From an uncultured Eubacteriales bacterium (lineage in GTDB: Bacteria > Bacillota > Clostridia > Oscillospirales > CAG-382), in the NCBI GenBank assembly GCA_934502885.1, contig CAKSUT010000002.1, positions 76,554 to 140,553 on the forward strand: DNA of 64,000 bases. The letters are read 5' to 3'. The position numbers and the translations under genes were made by a program. Under the pieces are notes generated by a model. The model was not told the DNA's origin and did not search any database. It saw only the letters and a list, made by a program, of their open reading frames with translations. Shown piece after piece: positions 62,919 to 64,000 of this stretch. The stretch's first letter is position 1, and each line of letters begins with the position of its first letter.

Positions 62919-64000
62919 TCACTTTGCAAGCTTTTTGTAGACCTCACAGGTCATATCAGCGATTTTCTCCCAATCGTATTTTTCTCTTATGTAATTCTCC
63001 GACGCAGCTTTCAGACGCCGCACGGTCTCACGACCGGCACCGCACATATACTCAAGCTTCTTTGCAAGGTCGGCTCTGTCGCCTTTTGCAAAATAGACGG
63101 CGTTTTCACCGGCTACCGACGTATTCTCCGGAATATCCGAACACAGGACGGCGTTGCCGTAAGCAAGCGCTTCGAGAAGTCCCATCGCCATTCCCTCAAT
63201 GTCGGACGGCAGGCAGACCGCGTAGGCGTTGCTGTAAATTTCGCAAAGCTCGTCTCCCGAGACAAAGCCGGTAAATACAATGTCCGGGTCGCCGTCCGCC
63301 GCCTGTTTGAGTTTTGCGACGTAGTCGTCGGTATCGCTCGCGTCGCCGGCAATGACAAGCCTCTTTCCGAGACCGTCTTTCACGGAAAGATAAGCGTCAA
63401 TAAGGTAATGCACACCCTTTTCGGCGGTGAGCCGCGACACCATGCAGATATATCCGTCCTTTTCAAGACCGTACTTCTCGGTGATTATTTCGGCTTTTCT
63501 GAAAACCGGCGTCGGTGCGCCATTGGGGATTATCACAGTTTCTCTGCCGTAGGTGTCGAGAAAATATCTGTGCGCGCTTTCGCTTAACACGATTATCTCA
63601 TCGGCGTATTTTACGAGAGTCCTCTCTCCGTATTTGATGAACTTCGACGCAAAGCTGCCTTTCCACTTCTCACGCTGCCAGTCAAGTCCGTGAACCGTCG
63701 CGACGCATTTCTTGCCGAAAAGCTTCGTTATCCGCATTGCTGCGCAAGGTCCTTCGGCGTGAAAATGCGCTATATTGCAACCCGAAAATGCTGTGGAAAA
63801 TGCTGCGGAAAATGCGGCGAAAGCTGCCGAAAGACCTCTTACATTTACCGTAAACGCTGTTTTTACAGCAACGCCCTTGTATTTTCCGTCAACAACCGTT
63901 CCGACGTATTCGTTTTCAATTTTATCGGAGGAACGGTTTCGGCAGGTGACGTCTATTCCCCTCTCGACAAGCAGAGGACAGAGAGCCGTGAGTACAGTCT
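62919..64000 (-). CDS. GT4 (GT-B fold) glycosyltransferase, 5' end beyond the window
   Basis: The track ORF 62919..63737 starts at an internal Met. The frame stays open to nt 64000 (my translation: ...LTALCPLLVERGIDVTC...NIAHFHAEGPCAAMRITKLF...). The C-terminal part has LPSDIEGMAMGLLEALAYGNAVL. Confidence 0.8.
   Translation of the reverse strand, partial: TVLTALCPLLVERGIDVTCRNRSSDKIENEYVGTVVDGKYKGVAVKTAFTVNVRGLSAAFAAFSAAFSTAFSGCNIAHFHAEGPCAAMRITKLFGKKCVATVHGLDWQREKWKGSFASKFIKYGERTLVKYADEIIVLSESAHRYFLDTYGRETVIIPNGAPTPVFRKAEIITEKYGLEKDGYICMVSRLTAEKGVHYLIDAYLSVKDGLGKRLVIAGDASDTDDYVAKLKQAADGDPDIVFTGFVSGDELCEIYSNAYAVCLPSDIEGMAMGLLEALAYGNAVLCSDIPENTSVAGENAVYFAKGDRADLAKKLEYMCGAGRETVRRLKAASENYIREKYDWEKIADMTCEVYKKLAK
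63784..63831 (-). repeat. In-frame 12-bp tandem repeat inside the GT4 gene
   Basis: gaaaatgctgtg / gaaaatgctgcg / gaaaatgcggcg / aaagctgccgaa on the plus strand. It encodes LSAAFAAFSAAFSTAFSG. Confidence 0.7.

Noticed and set aside
1-64000. I searched the whole window for mobile elements, prophage genes, CRISPR arrays, tRNA/rRNA genes and classic defence genes (restriction-modification, Cas, Abi, toxin-antitoxin).
   Set aside because: None was recognised. There are no integrase, transposase or recombinase motifs, no terminal inverted repeats and no regularly spaced direct repeats. All intergenic gaps longer than 100 nt are accounted for by promoters, leaders or terminators.

Overview
This window reads as a 64-kb chromosomal segment of a spore-forming Clostridia-type Firmicute; that assignment is an inference from gene content and cannot be verified here. 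I call 57 protein-coding genes, about 50 of them on the minus strand, tightly packed and with many 4-8 nt start/stop overlaps. I found no rRNA, tRNA, CRISPR array, transposase, integrase or prophage genes.

Content from left to right:
- An acyl-CoA synthetase that runs off the left edge and is absent from the ORF track, then a YfcE phosphodiesterase.
- Two tandem LRR surface proteins.
- A sporulation string, spoIIP-spoIIIAF-AG-AH.
- An MBL hydrolase, a galactokinase-family kinase, a DEDDh exonuclease and an M16 peptidase.
- A set of signal-peptide-less carbohydrate enzymes (GH29, GH43, two SGNH esterases, a GH127-like protein, later GH51) surrounding rpsB-tsf.
- A string of WYL regulator, unknown protein, yqeG and vanW; then holA.
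- A long operon: aminotransferase, trpS, tagO, mnaA.
- A 1316-aa SLH-anchored protein.
- A 9-gene string: tagA, thyX, tmk-like, DJ-1, 5-FCL, CPBP, mltG, U32, DUF1294.
- A three-gene ADP-ribose module: macro-HTH fusion, bacterial-type PARG, cytosolic VWA.
- qor and an AraC regulator.
- From 50.4 kb to the right edge, a Wzy-type polysaccharide locus: four GT2, two GT4, a polymerase and an acyltransferase.

The best candidates for something undescribed lie in that polysaccharide locus:
- A Wzz-like co-polymerase has a cytoplasmic C-terminus that is a GGDEF domain with both the active site (GNGSF) and the I-site degenerate. It sits where Firmicute loci normally have a BY-kinase partner.
- It is flanked by a second co-polymerase-like protein.
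- Next to that is a membrane metallophosphoesterase with a DnaA-N-terminal-like domain.

The ADP-ribose eraser cluster, which has no visible writer, and the SLH protein, which has a duplicated module around a central anchor, are the next most interesting. All functional calls come from motif recognition by eye; no database search was possible.
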